From NCBI RefSeq assembly GCF_001458695.1, contig NZ_LN885086.1, positions 3,210,001 through 3,242,000 of the forward strand: DNA of 32,000 nt, written 5' to 3'. Below the pieces are notes generated by a model. The model was given only the letters and a program-made list of their open reading frames with translations, ran no database searches and was not told where the DNA came from. Each line of letters begins with the position of its first letter. Position 1 is the stretch's first letter. Below are positions 14,876-24,125 of this stretch, piece after piece. This DNA is from Candidatus Nitrospira inopinata (GTDB lineage Bacteria > Nitrospirota > Nitrospiria > Nitrospirales > Nitrospiraceae). The position numbers and the translations under genes are program-made.

Positions 14876-17800
14876 GGAGCCCGCTCCACCAACGAATGAT
14901 CGCGCGATACCGGCAAGCACAGCGTGAACGTGGTCCCCTTGCCGACCTCGCTGTCCACCAAAATTCTGCCGCCGTGCCGTTCGACGATGCCCAGATTGAC
15001 GGACAGGCCCAATCCCGTCCCTTCGCCCTCGCCTTTCGTCGTAAAGAAGGGATCGAACACACGGGGGAGGATGGACGGAGGGATGCCGGAGCCGGTATCG
15101 CGGACTTCGACTCGGCAGACTCCCTCGGCGATCGAGGTCCGAATGGTCAAGACGCCTCCGTTCTTCATCGCCTGAACGGCGTTCAAGATCAGATTCATCA
15201 ATACCTGTTCGATCATATGGCTGTCCACCATCACGTTGGGCAAGCCGAGCCCCAACTCGGTCTCCAGCGCGATGCGGTTGGGAGCGAACAGGTGGGTGGT
15301 CAGCGTCAACACCCGCTCGACAATCTGGTTGATGTCGGCCGGACTGAATTCAGGCTCGTGCTGTTGGGAGAAATCCAATAACTGCCGAACGATCTTCTGC
15401 ACCCGCCTGACGCCGTGCTCCATGGAGGCCCAGTACTCCTCTTGCCGGGCCGGGGAAATGCCGCCTTTTCTCAGGTTGTAAAGGCAGTTGAGGATGCCTC
15501 CGAGGGGATTGTTGATTTCGTGCGCCACGCCGGCCGCAAGTTTTCCGATGGACGCCAATTTTTCGGCGTTGCGGATCTGCTGCTCCAACTTTTTCGTCTC
15601 CGTCATGTCGCGGGCGATCCCGAGCACGCCGAGAATCCGGCCCTCGGCGCCTTGGAGGGGGGAGACGCTGATCATCGCCGTTCGGATCTCGCCCCGCTTG
15701 GTCACGATTTCCACCTCGTACACCTGTTTCGCACCGATATCTAAGGTGGCTTTGAGGCGCCGGCCGCGGTGACGCCGTGAGAGTAACGAGAGATAGGGAC
15801 GGCCCAGCAGATCGTCCTTGCGATACCCCCAGGCGCCGACCTTGCCGTTGACATAGGTGAATCGCTGCTCCGTATCGAGCGTGTAGATGACGTCGTTGGC
15901 GTTTTCCAGCAAATTTTCCAAGTACTGCTTCGTTTCCTCGATTTCCCTTGTCCGTTCCCTCACCTTGATCTCGAGGTCTTCCCGATAGGACTCCAACTGC
16001 CGCTCGAGCTTTTTCCGGTCCGTAATGTCCCGCATCTGCACCATGACCAGGTCCCGATCGGCGCCCCCGGCGCCGATCAGATTCATCTCGACCGGCACCA
16101 CGCGGCCGTCGCAGTGCATGACGGCAATTTCCCTCGTCAAAACCCGCTGGTGGCCGCCTCCGATCTCCGCCAACCATTCCTTGAACTCACGGTGACGGTC
16201 CTCTGCGATCAGATCGAGAATGTTCCGCCCGACGACGCCGGCCTCCGCGTAGCCCAGCACCTGTTCCTCGCGCTTGTTCACGGCGGCGATCATTCCCCGG
16301 GCGTCGATCATGAACACCGAGTCGGCGACCAGATCGAACAGGGCCTTGTAGCGGGCCTGCGAGGCGGCCAACTGCCGTGTGCGCTCCGAGACGGCCTGCT
16401 CCAGTCCCGCCGTATAGCGATGCAGCTCTTGCTCCAACCGGCGCCGCTCCGTGACGTCCCGGACGAAGGCGCGGGAATAAATCAACCCGCCGCGCTCACG
16501 GTCGAGAAGCGCCGTGGCGTGAATTTCGACGTCGATCGACCGTCCGTCCTTCGCCACGAGCAGGGTTTCCATGGACCCCTGTCCCCGCGAGACCAATTGC
16601 TCGAGAAAATGCAATGTCCGCGGTTCCTCTCCCTTCGGCACCACTTCCCAAAGCCGAAGGGCCAGCATTTCTTCGAGCGTATAGCCCAATTTGTCGAGCC
16701 CCGTCTTATTCACGTGGACGAACCGGCCGCCGCGATCCATCTGATAAATCATCTCCGGCGAATGTTCGATCAAATCGCGATACCGCTCCTCCAACTGTTT
16801 GACATCGGCCATCTGCCGTTCGATTTGCCCGAACGACCGTTGCAGATTGGCGGCCATGTGATTGAACGCTTCCGCCAGTTGTTCGATTTCATCGCCGGTT
16901 TTGAGATCAAGCCGCCGGTCCAACCGTCCGCTCCCGATCTCCCGCGCCCCCTCCTGCAACAGTTTGATCGGACCGGCGATGCGCCCCGCCATCACCACCC
17001 CGATTCCGCCGAGCACGGCCAATACCGTTCCGCCGAACAACAGGATCTTGGTCATCAACTCGCCGAGGGGAGCGAAGATTTCTCCGGGATCCTGCCGCAC
17101 GACGACCAGCCAATGCCGGCCTCCGAGGCTCCCCGCGGCAAGACCGTCGGCGAATCGCACGGGCGCGTACCCGATCATGCCTCCTTCGCTCCCGTGCGAA
17201 TCGTCATCGACCGACGCCCACCCGGGTTTGAGCGCCCCCAACAGGCCGACGACCTCTGGGCGGATCGTGTGCGCTTCCGGAGCCAGCACCGGACATAGAA
17301 CCACGACGCCGTCCGAACCGACCAACATGGCGTGCCCCGTGGCGCCGAGTGAAACTTCCGCAATGGAATGGAACACGGTGTCGCGTCGAAGCAGAATCGT
17401 GATCGCCCCGATCGCCGTCTTTTGCCCTTCGTCCATGATGGGCACCGCGACGGTCACGACGTGCGTCCCGAAGGCGGGATCGAACGCCACGTCGCCCACG
17501 TAGGGCCGCGCCCCGCCGTCTTGCACGACGGCCCGCCACCACGCCGTCTTCTTGTACCAATACTCCACCTGGGGAATGGAACTGATCACCAGGGCTCCCT
17601 GCTCGTCCGTCACCAGAATGCCGACGTAGTCGGACTTCCGAATCTCATGCCAGCGGATCAGCGAATTCGTCGAGATTCGGTTGACGAACAACGGAAACTC
17701 GCTGCGCGAATCCCGCTGCCCCCAGCGCCGCTGCCAATCCTTGATGATGGCCTCGATGGCGCGGGAATCCTTGCCTTCATAGGTTCGATTGGCTTCCAAG

Positions 17801-18057
17801 ACGGCGGCGCGAAGAAACGGCATGGTGGCGAGCTGTTGCGCCTCGTTGACGGTGCGGGTCACCTGCATTTCGACGCGGCGGGCGGCCTCGACGGCGGCTT
17901 CTTTGAAATTCGCTCCCGTTGTCTCGCGTAACGCCCGGCGCTCTTCGAGATAGAGCAGGATCAGAAACAACGTCAGGGGCAGGAGGCCGACCACCACGAT
18001 CGCCGCGATGATCTTGCGCTGGAGGCTGTGGAACCGGCTCCAGAATGTCATGCCCAT
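14872..18057 (-). CDS. Sensor histidine kinase: TM - double-Cache-like periplasmic domain - TM - HAMP - 3 PAS - HisKA - HATPase_c
   Basis: An N-terminal TM, ~300 aa extracytoplasmic region and second TM. HAMP (IAGPIKLLQEGAREIGSG...). Three PAS modules (ERYRDLIEHSPEMIY..., ARYKALFDLVADSVF..., LENLLENANDVIY...). H-box AAGVAHEINNPL. N/G boxes NLILNAVQAM, DTGSGI, GTGLGLS. Confidence 0.92.
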   Translation of the reverse strand: MGMTFWSRFHSLQRKIIAAIVVVGLLPLTLFLILLYLEERRALRETTGANFKEAAVEAARRVEMQVTRTVNEAQQLATMPFLRAAVLEANRTYEGKDSRAIEAIIKDWQRRWGQRDSRSEFPLFVNRISTNSLIRWHEIRKSDYVGILVTDEQGALVISSIPQVEYWYKKTAWWRAVVQDGGARPYVGDVAFDPAFGTHVVTVAVPIMDEGQKTAIGAITILLRRDTVFHSIAEVSLGATGHAMLVGSDGVVVLCPVLAPEAHTIRPEVVGLLGALKPGWASVDDDSHGSEGGMIGYAPVRFADGLAAGSLGGRHWLVVVRQDPGEIFAPLGELMTKILLFGGTVLAVLGGIGVVMAGRIAGPIKLLQEGAREIGSGRLDRRLDLKTGDEIEQLAEAFNHMAANLQRSFGQIERQMADVKQLEERYRDLIEHSPEMIYQMDRGGRFVHVNKTGLDKLGYTLEEMLALRLWEVVPKGEEPRTLHFLEQLVSRGQGSMETLLVAKDGRSIDVEIHATALLDRERGGLIYSRAFVRDVTERRRLEQELHRYTAGLEQAVSERTRQLAASQARYKALFDLVADSVFMIDARGMIAAVNKREEQVLGYAEAGVVGRNILDLIAEDRHREFKEWLAEIGGGHQRVLTREIAVMHCDGRVVPVEMNLIGAGGADRDLVMVQMRDITDRKKLERQLESYREDLEIKVRERTREIEETKQYLENLLENANDVIYTLDTEQRFTYVNGKVGAWGYRKDDLLGRPYLSLLSRRHRGRRLKATLDIGAKQVYEVEIVTKRGEIRTAMISVSPLQGAEGRILGVLGIARDMTETKKLEQQIRNAEKLASIGKLAAGVAHEINNPLGGILNCLYNLRKGGISPARQEEYWASMEHGVRRVQKIVRQLLDFSQQHEPEFSPADINQIVERVLTLTTHLFAPNRIALETELGLGLPNVMVDSHMIEQVLMNLILNAVQAMKNGGVLTIRTSIAEGVCRVEVRDTGSGIPPSILPRVFDPFFTTKGEGEGTGLGLSVNLGIVERHGGRILVDSEVGKGTTFTLCLPVSRDHSLVERAP

Positions 18058-18162
18058 CCCATCGGTTGAGGGAAGGTACCGCGGGAGAATCGCTCTGCGG
18101 GCGAACGACTCGCGGACCGGCTCGCGGTCTCCGAACGGAACCGTCTTATTCCATCATCCGGC

Positions 18163-19080
18163 TCAACCGCGTTTCAAGAGCCGGCCCGGCTTGCCCGGCC
18201 ACAGAAGGACCAGCGGGCTCGCGACAAAGACGGACGAATAGGTGCCGCAAATCACGCCCCACAGGAGCGCCAGCGAAAAGTCGTGCAGCACCTCGCCGCC
18301 AGCGATCGTCAAGGGAATCAGCACCAGGATCACCGTCAAGCTGGTGACGATGGTCCGGCTCAGAACCTGATTGACGGCGTTGTTGATCGTGGCTTCTTCG
18401 CTCTCCCGACGGCGCACCTTCAGATTTTCCCGGATCCGGTCGAAGACGACGACGGTATCGGTCAGGGAATAGCCGGCCAGCGTCAACAGGGCCGTGACGA
18501 TGAGCAGCGTGATCTCCTTGTCCAGCACGTAAAACGCGCCGAGCACCGCCAACACGTCGTGAAACGTCGCCAGCGCCGCCGCGACGCCGAACCGCAGCTC
18601 GAATCGCGCCGCGATGTACATGATGATCCCGGCGAAGGAAATGAGGATCGCGATGAGCGCGTCCTCCTGAAGCTTTTTGCCGATCGTCGGCCCGATTTCG
18701 GTCGTGGAGTCCACCACGAACGAATTGCCGGGGAACTCCTTGGCGAACACCCCGACGATCCGCTCCGCGATCTTTTCCTCGATCGTCGTCGAGGTTTTGA
18801 CGCGAACAAGCAGCTTGTTGTCCTCCCCGAATTCCTGCAGCTCGGCGTTGCCCACCCCGTTGGACTCCAGCGCCTTTCTCGCTTCGTCGATGCGGATCGG
18901 CTGCTCGAACTTCAACTGCACCGCCGTGCCTCCGGCGAAATCGATGCCGAGATTCGCCGCTCCCCGAGCGATCTGAATCACGGCCACGAGCCCCAACGCA
19001 ACCATGAGACCGGACAAGGCGAAGGTGATCTTGCGCTTGCCCATGAAATCGATGTCGGTTTTTCCTAAGATCTCGAACAT
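18163..19080 (-). CDS. secF: Protein translocase subunit SecF
   Basis: MFEILGKTDIDFMGKRK...GIDFAGG...FHDV...TVVVFDRIRE... are typical SecF motifs. It lies downstream of secD. Confidence 0.95.
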   Translation of the reverse strand: MFEILGKTDIDFMGKRKITFALSGLMVALGLVAVIQIARGAANLGIDFAGGTAVQLKFEQPIRIDEARKALESNGVGNAELQEFGEDNKLLVRVKTSTTIEEKIAERIVGVFAKEFPGNSFVVDSTTEIGPTIGKKLQEDALIAILISFAGIIMYIAARFELRFGVAAALATFHDVLAVLGAFYVLDKEITLLIVTALLTLAGYSLTDTVVVFDRIRENLKVRRRESEEATINNAVNQVLSRTIVTSLTVILVLIPLTIAGGEVLHDFSLALLWGVICGTYSSVFVASPLVLLWPGKPGRLLKRG

Positions 19081-19149
19081 GCCTGCTCCTTACCGAACGG
19101 GCGAGGGCGGGACTCCGATCCGCGCGCTCCGCCTCGAATTCGCTTCGTT

Positions 19150-20796
19150 TCAAATACTCAACGTCTGGGCTTTCGGTTGCCGCCTGTACCAGAGGTCGAA
19201 AATCACCTTGGTGCCGACCAACGCCGTGAACAGATTGATCGCGATGCCCAGGCACAACGTGACGGCAAACCCCTTGATCGGTCCCGTTCCAAATAAAAAG
19301 AGCGCGACCCCGGTGATCAGCGTCGTCACGTGCGAATCGATGATCGTGAGCAACGCTTTGTCGTACCCGGCGTCGATCGCCGTTCGCACGGCCTTGCCGC
19401 TCCGCAACTCCTCTCGGATGCGCTCGAAAATCAACACGTTCGAATCGACTCCCATTCCGATCGTAAGCACGATCCCGGCGATGCCCGGCAATGTCAGCGT
19501 CGCGTTTAAGGCGGACAGCGCGCCCATCAGACACACCAAGTTCAAAATCAGCGCAAAGTCGGCGATCGCGCCGGAAAGACGGTAATACACGATCATGAAC
19601 AGGATGACCACCGCTCCCGCGATCAACGTCGCCCTGATGCCCTTGTCGATCGAGTCTTGCCCGAGAGACGGACCGACCGTCAAATCCTGCACGATCTTAA
19701 GAGGCGCCGGCAGAGCCCCGGCCCGCAACACGATGGCGAGATCGTTGGCCTCCTGCGTCGTAAAGGTGCCGGTGATTTGGGCGCGTCCGCCTCCGATCCG
19801 CTCTTGAATGACGGGGGCCGAATAAATCGTGTTGTCGAGCACGATCGCCATCCGTTTCTTGACATTCTCCGCCGTGATCCGCTCGAACTCCTGGCCTCCC
19901 CTGGAATCAAAGGTGATGGACACGTAGGGATCGTTGAATTGCCCGATCGACACCCGCGCGTCGCTCAAGACGTCGCCGGTGAGCATGACCCGCTTCTTGA
20001 CCAGATACGGAATCCTGTATTCGCGTCCCGTCTCCTTGTCGACCGCGCGCTCGAACAAAATCTCGTCGCCCTCGGGGATCTTGTCCTGAAACTGCCGGAT
20101 GATTTCCTCTTCCATGTCCTTCGGAATCCGGGCCGGCAGCTCCAACCGCAGTTGGGCGTCCTCGTCCAGCATTTTGAACTCAAGCAGGGCGGTTTCCTTG
20201 ATCAAGTCCTTGGCCCGTTTTGGCTCTTTGATGCCCGGCAACTGCACGACGATCTGCTTCAAGCCCTGCCGCTGCACGATCGGCTCGGTCACGCCGAACT
20301 GATCGATTCGGTTGCGGATCGTCTCCAGGGCCTGATTGATCGCGAAGTCCTTGATGCGCTTGCTCTCCGCTTCGCGCAGTTCCCACACCAGCGAAGTGGA
20401 CGTTCCGGCCGATTCGTTTTCGGCGAAGGACGGATACTCGTCGATCAGTTTCTGGATCGAGGTTTTGAGTCCCTCATCCCCGAATCGAATCGTGATCTGT
20501 TGGGAGGCCGTGCGTTTCACCGACTCGACGGCAATGTTCTTTTCGGCCAGCAAGTCTTGAAGCGACGTCACGGTTCGGTCGACCGTGATCTCCACCGCCC
20601 GATCTTCGTCCACCTCCATCACCAGGTGAATGCCGCCCTGCAAGTCAAGACCCAGCGCGATGCCCTTGTCCGGAAGGACGGTCTTCATCCAACCGGGCAG
20701 CGTTTGATACAGCGGCTGGTACGACGGCAACGAACATATCACCGACGTCGCGATGACCAGCGCCAACAATCCCAATCGCCCGCTCACCTTCTTCAT
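19150..20796 (-). CDS. secD: Protein translocase subunit SecD
   Basis: LGLDLQGG...RNRIDQFGV.EP.VQRQG...LPG......A.......A.LEF; C-terminal RND-like TM bundle ending ...NVLIFERIREE... Confidence 0.95.
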   Translation of the reverse strand: MKKVSGRLGLLALVIATSVICSLPSYQPLYQTLPGWMKTVLPDKGIALGLDLQGGIHLVMEVDEDRAVEITVDRTVTSLQDLLAEKNIAVESVKRTASQQITIRFGDEGLKTSIQKLIDEYPSFAENESAGTSTSLVWELREAESKRIKDFAINQALETIRNRIDQFGVTEPIVQRQGLKQIVVQLPGIKEPKRAKDLIKETALLEFKMLDEDAQLRLELPARIPKDMEEEIIRQFQDKIPEGDEILFERAVDKETGREYRIPYLVKKRVMLTGDVLSDARVSIGQFNDPYVSITFDSRGGQEFERITAENVKKRMAIVLDNTIYSAPVIQERIGGGRAQITGTFTTQEANDLAIVLRAGALPAPLKIVQDLTVGPSLGQDSIDKGIRATLIAGAVVILFMIVYYRLSGAIADFALILNLVCLMGALSALNATLTLPGIAGIVLTIGMGVDSNVLIFERIREELRSGKAVRTAIDAGYDKALLTIIDSHVTTLITGVALFLFGTGPIKGFAVTLCLGIAINLFTALVGTKVIFDLWYRRQPKAQTLSI

Positions 20797-20826
20797 GATC
20801 GCTCCAACCTCTTCGTTTCGGACGGC

Positions 20827-21180
20827 CTACGCATCTTTTTCTTTGTCCTCGTCTTCCCCGCGCAGCCGCGCGATGTAATCCCGCTGGATCTTGATCCGCG
20901 TATTGTCGGCTATTTGGAGGGTGACGGTATGTTTCCCGAGATTGGTGACCGTTCCCCAAATGCCGGACGTGGTCACGACTTTGTCGCCTTTCTTGAGCGC
21001 GTCGATCAAGGCCTTCTGCTCTTTCTGCTTCTTCTGCTGCGGCCGAATCAGCAGAAAGTAAAAGATGATGAAAATCAGAATAAAGGGAACGAGGGAAAGC
21101 AGCCCTCCCGGGCCTTGCCCGCCGGCCCCCGCCCCGTTCGCCCCGGCCCCCTGGGCCCATGCTATGGATTCCATCAACAT
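20827..21180 (-). CDS. yajC: Preprotein translocase subunit YajC
   Basis: Start ATG 21180. A single TM (LVPFILIFIIFYFLLIRPQQKKQKE), then KGDKVVTTSGIWGTV. Conserved tgt-yajC-secD-secF synteny. Confidence 0.9.
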   Translation of the reverse strand: MLMESIAWAQGAGANGAGAGGQGPGGLLSLVPFILIFIIFYFLLIRPQQKKQKEQKALIDALKKGDKVVTTSGIWGTVTNLGKHTVTLQIADNTRIKIQRDYIARLRGEDEDKEKDA

Positions 21181-22373
21181 AACGAACGATCTCCTCTTTC
21201 CTTGTTGTGGACGCTGTCTCCCGCCGCAACGACCTCCGGGTCTTCCCGCGCCGCGGCGCTCGACGGTTCCTGCGCGTGGCTGCGATAAAAAGCCGCTCGA
21301 AATTCCGAAAACGTTCCTTGCTCGACGGCCGCTCGGACACGGCGCATCAGATCCGAAAAATACCAAAGGTTATGAATGGTGTTCAGCCGCGAGGCCAACA
21401 TTTCTTTCACCGAGAACAGATGATGAAGATACGCCCGCGAGTAGCGCCCGCAGACCGGGCACCCGCAGTCGGGATCGACCGGCCGCTCATCTCGGGCGTA
21501 TCGGGCTTGTTTGATGACCACCCGTCCCGCGGTCGTAAACAACGAGCCGGTCCGTCCATGTCGCGAGGGCGCGACGCAGTCGAAGAGGTCGATGCCGCGA
21601 AAGACCCCTTCGATCAGATCTTCCGGGTATCCCACTCCCATCAGATACCGCGGCTTGTTCTCCGGCAGTTCCGGCACCGTCGCGTCGAGCATCGCGTACA
21701 TCTCGGCCTTGCTTTCTCCCACGGACAGGCCGCCGACCGCATAGCCGTCGAATCCCATGGCCGTAAGGTCTCTCGCCGAGCGGACGCGCAGATCCGCGTC
21801 CAGACCGCCCTGCACGATCCCGAACAGGGCTTGGTCGTTTCTGCGCCGACCGGCCAAACAACGTTCGGCCCATAACTTGGTTCGCCGCACACTGTCCACC
21901 ACCGCCTCGCGGCTCGCGGGCAACGCGACGCAGTGATCGAAGGCCATGATGATATCGGCTCCCAACGCTTCTTGGATTTCAACGGCGATTTCCGGGGTGA
22001 TGAAATGACTCGATCCGTCGATGTGCGATTGGAAGACGACGCCTTCGTCCGTCACCTTGCATAACTTGGCCAAACTGAACACCTGAAAGCCCCCGCTGTC
22101 CGTCAAAATCGCTCCGGGCCAGCCGGTAAAGGCGTGCAGTCCGCCCATCTCGGCCACGATCTTGTGCCCCGGACGGAGGTAGAGATGATAGGCGTTGTTC
22201 AACAACAACCGGAATCCCATGAGCTGCAGATCGTCCGGCGCCAGTCCCTTGACCGGCCCCAACGAACCGACCGGCATGAACGTCGGCGTATCGATGACGG
22301 CTCGCGCGGTGCACAATCGGCCGACCCTGGCTTTGGATTGCCGATCCTGTTGTTGAAGCCGATACTGGATCAT
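21174..22373 (-). CDS. tgt: tRNA-guanine transglycosylase (queuine tRNA-ribosyltransferase)
   Basis: ARVGRL......IDTPTFMPVGS, TDSGGFQV, GIVQGG and the zinc motif CGCPVC......YLHHL. ATG 22373 aligns best with known N-termini. GTG 22394, overlapping the argS stop as GTGA, is an alternative. Confidence 0.95.
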   Translation of the reverse strand: MIQYRLQQQDRQSKARVGRLCTARAVIDTPTFMPVGSLGPVKGLAPDDLQLMGFRLLLNNAYHLYLRPGHKIVAEMGGLHAFTGWPGAILTDSGGFQVFSLAKLCKVTDEGVVFQSHIDGSSHFITPEIAVEIQEALGADIIMAFDHCVALPASREAVVDSVRRTKLWAERCLAGRRRNDQALFGIVQGGLDADLRVRSARDLTAMGFDGYAVGGLSVGESKAEMYAMLDATVPELPENKPRYLMGVGYPEDLIEGVFRGIDLFDCVAPSRHGRTGSLFTTAGRVVIKQARYARDERPVDPDCGCPVCGRYSRAYLHHLFSVKEMLASRLNTIHNLWYFSDLMRRVRAAVEQGTFSEFRAAFYRSHAQEPSSAAAREDPEVVAAGDSVHNKERGDRSLC

Positions 22374-22390
22374 GCCGCGCCCTTCTTTTT

Positions 22391-24115
22391 TCACATCTGC
22401 TCGGGCGCGGAAATTCCCAGCACCGTCAGACCGTTTCTGATGACTTGCTGAACGCCGCGCATGAGGGCCAGCCTGGCGGCGGTCCGCTTGGGCGTCAGTT
22501 CCTCGGCCGATCCCGCCTCATCGTGTTCCTGACCGCCCGCGGGAGGGAGGATCCGATGTTTGTTGTAAAAGGTATGCAGCAGCGCCGCGAGCTGTTGGAG
22601 ATAATACGTGACACGATGGGGCTCGAACGTGGACGCGCTGGTCTGAAGGATGTCCGGATAGACGGAGAGCTTTCGAATCAGCCCCAATTCGTCAGGATCG
22701 GTCAAGGGGGCGAGGTCCGTCTCGTTCGGTCGAGGGCACTCAATGCCCCGCGAGGCGGCCGTCCGCCACAAGCTCGCGATACGAGCGTGGGCGTATTGCA
22801 CGTAGTACACCGGATTGTCCGCCGATCGTTGCTTGGCCAGTTCCAGATCAAAGTCAAGATGAGTCCGTGAGTCCCTCATGAGGAAAAAGAACTTCGCGGC
22901 ATCGGCGCCCACTTCGTCGATGACTTCGCGCATGGTCACGAACGAACCGGTCCGCTTTGACATCTTGACTTCGACCCCGGCCCGCAGGAGTTTGACGAGT
23001 TGAACCAACACCACCCGCAACCGCTCCTTCGGATGGCCGTAGGCCTGCATCACGGCCTCCATGCGGGGGATGTAGCCGTGGTGGTCGGCTCCCCACACGT
23101 CGACCAGCAGATCATATCCGCGCCGCAGCTTGTCCCGATGATAGGCGATGTCCGACGCCAGGTAGGTGTATTCGCCGTCCTGCTTCTTGACGACACGGTC
23201 TTTTTCATCGCCGAAGGTCGTGGAACGAAACCACAGTGCGCCCTCTTGCTCAAACAAAAGGCCGCGGGCTTGCAAATCGTCCAAAGCCTGCTCCACCGCC
23301 CCGGACTTGAGCAACGACTCTTCGCTGAACCACGACTGAAATTCGACGCCGAACGACGCAAGGTCCCCACGGATCAATTCCAACAGTTCCTGATAAGCGA
23401 GCATACGGCATCGCGCCTCGATCTCCGCCGGATCGGACGGTCCCGTCTCGTCGTCGAGCTTCTGCTTGAGGCGTCGGGCCACATCGTTGATATAGGCGCC
23501 GTGGTAGCCTTCTTCCGGAAATTCGGCAGGCTGCCCGCAGAGTTCTCGGTAACGCGCATAGACCGACGCTCCCAACAGTTTCATCTGTCTGCCGGCGTCG
23601 TTGATATAGTACTCGCTGGTCACGTCATACCCGACTGCTTCCAACAGGCGGGCGACGGCCTGCCCGACCGCCGCTCCCCGTCCGTGCCCGACATGGAGTG
23701 GACCGGTGGGATTAGCGCTGACATATTCGACGAGGACGCGATGTCCCCGTCCCACGTCGGCTTTGCCGTAGGCGTCTCCTCTCGCATCGATCTCTCGTAA
23801 CACTTCGTGCCACAGGGTCGGCTTGATCGTCAGGTTCAAAAATCCAGGGCGGACAATTTCCACCCGCTCGAAGAGCTGCTCCGTTTCCGTGAGATGTTCG
23901 GCGATAATCTCGGCGATCTCGTGAGGTCCTTTTTTTTCCGACGGCGCCAAGGACATCGCGATCGTCGTCGCCAATTCTCCCCATTCCGGACGTTTTGGCG
24001 CGTCCAGAGTCAACGCCGGCCAGGTTTCCGTCTTCAATCGGCCCTTTTTCTTGGCCTCATTGAGCGCACCGAGCAAGGCGGTGGCAACCATTTCTTGGAC
24101 GATGCCGTGAGACAC
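22391..24115 (-). CDS. argS: Arginine--tRNA ligase
   Basis: Class I signatures SANPTGPLHVGHGR and MSKRTG (KMSKS-like), with the C-terminal anticodon-binding DALR region. GTG start at 24115 with AGGAGA 6 nt upstream. Confidence 0.95.
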   Translation of the reverse strand: MSHGIVQEMVATALLGALNEAKKKGRLKTETWPALTLDAPKRPEWGELATTIAMSLAPSEKKGPHEIAEIIAEHLTETEQLFERVEIVRPGFLNLTIKPTLWHEVLREIDARGDAYGKADVGRGHRVLVEYVSANPTGPLHVGHGRGAAVGQAVARLLEAVGYDVTSEYYINDAGRQMKLLGASVYARYRELCGQPAEFPEEGYHGAYINDVARRLKQKLDDETGPSDPAEIEARCRMLAYQELLELIRGDLASFGVEFQSWFSEESLLKSGAVEQALDDLQARGLLFEQEGALWFRSTTFGDEKDRVVKKQDGEYTYLASDIAYHRDKLRRGYDLLVDVWGADHHGYIPRMEAVMQAYGHPKERLRVVLVQLVKLLRAGVEVKMSKRTGSFVTMREVIDEVGADAAKFFFLMRDSRTHLDFDLELAKQRSADNPVYYVQYAHARIASLWRTAASRGIECPRPNETDLAPLTDPDELGLIRKLSVYPDILQTSASTFEPHRVTYYLQQLAALLHTFYNKHRILPPAGGQEHDEAGSAEELTPKRTAARLALMRGVQQVIRNGLTVLGISAPEQM

Positions 24116-24125
24116 GTCTAATCTC

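Noticed and set aside
1284-23800. Many long ORFs antisense to or overlapping the called genes. Examples: 1854-2672 (+), 3435-4118 (+), 9237-9788 (-), 12194-13291 (+), 13892-14899 (+), 16114-17298 (+), 18146-19534 (-), 19657-21288 (+), 23000-23800 (+), 25918-26778 (+).
   Set aside because: These are typical shadow ORFs of high-GC DNA. Their translations are Arg/Pro/Gly/His-rich with no recognisable motifs. The opposite-strand or other-frame genes have unmistakable family signatures.
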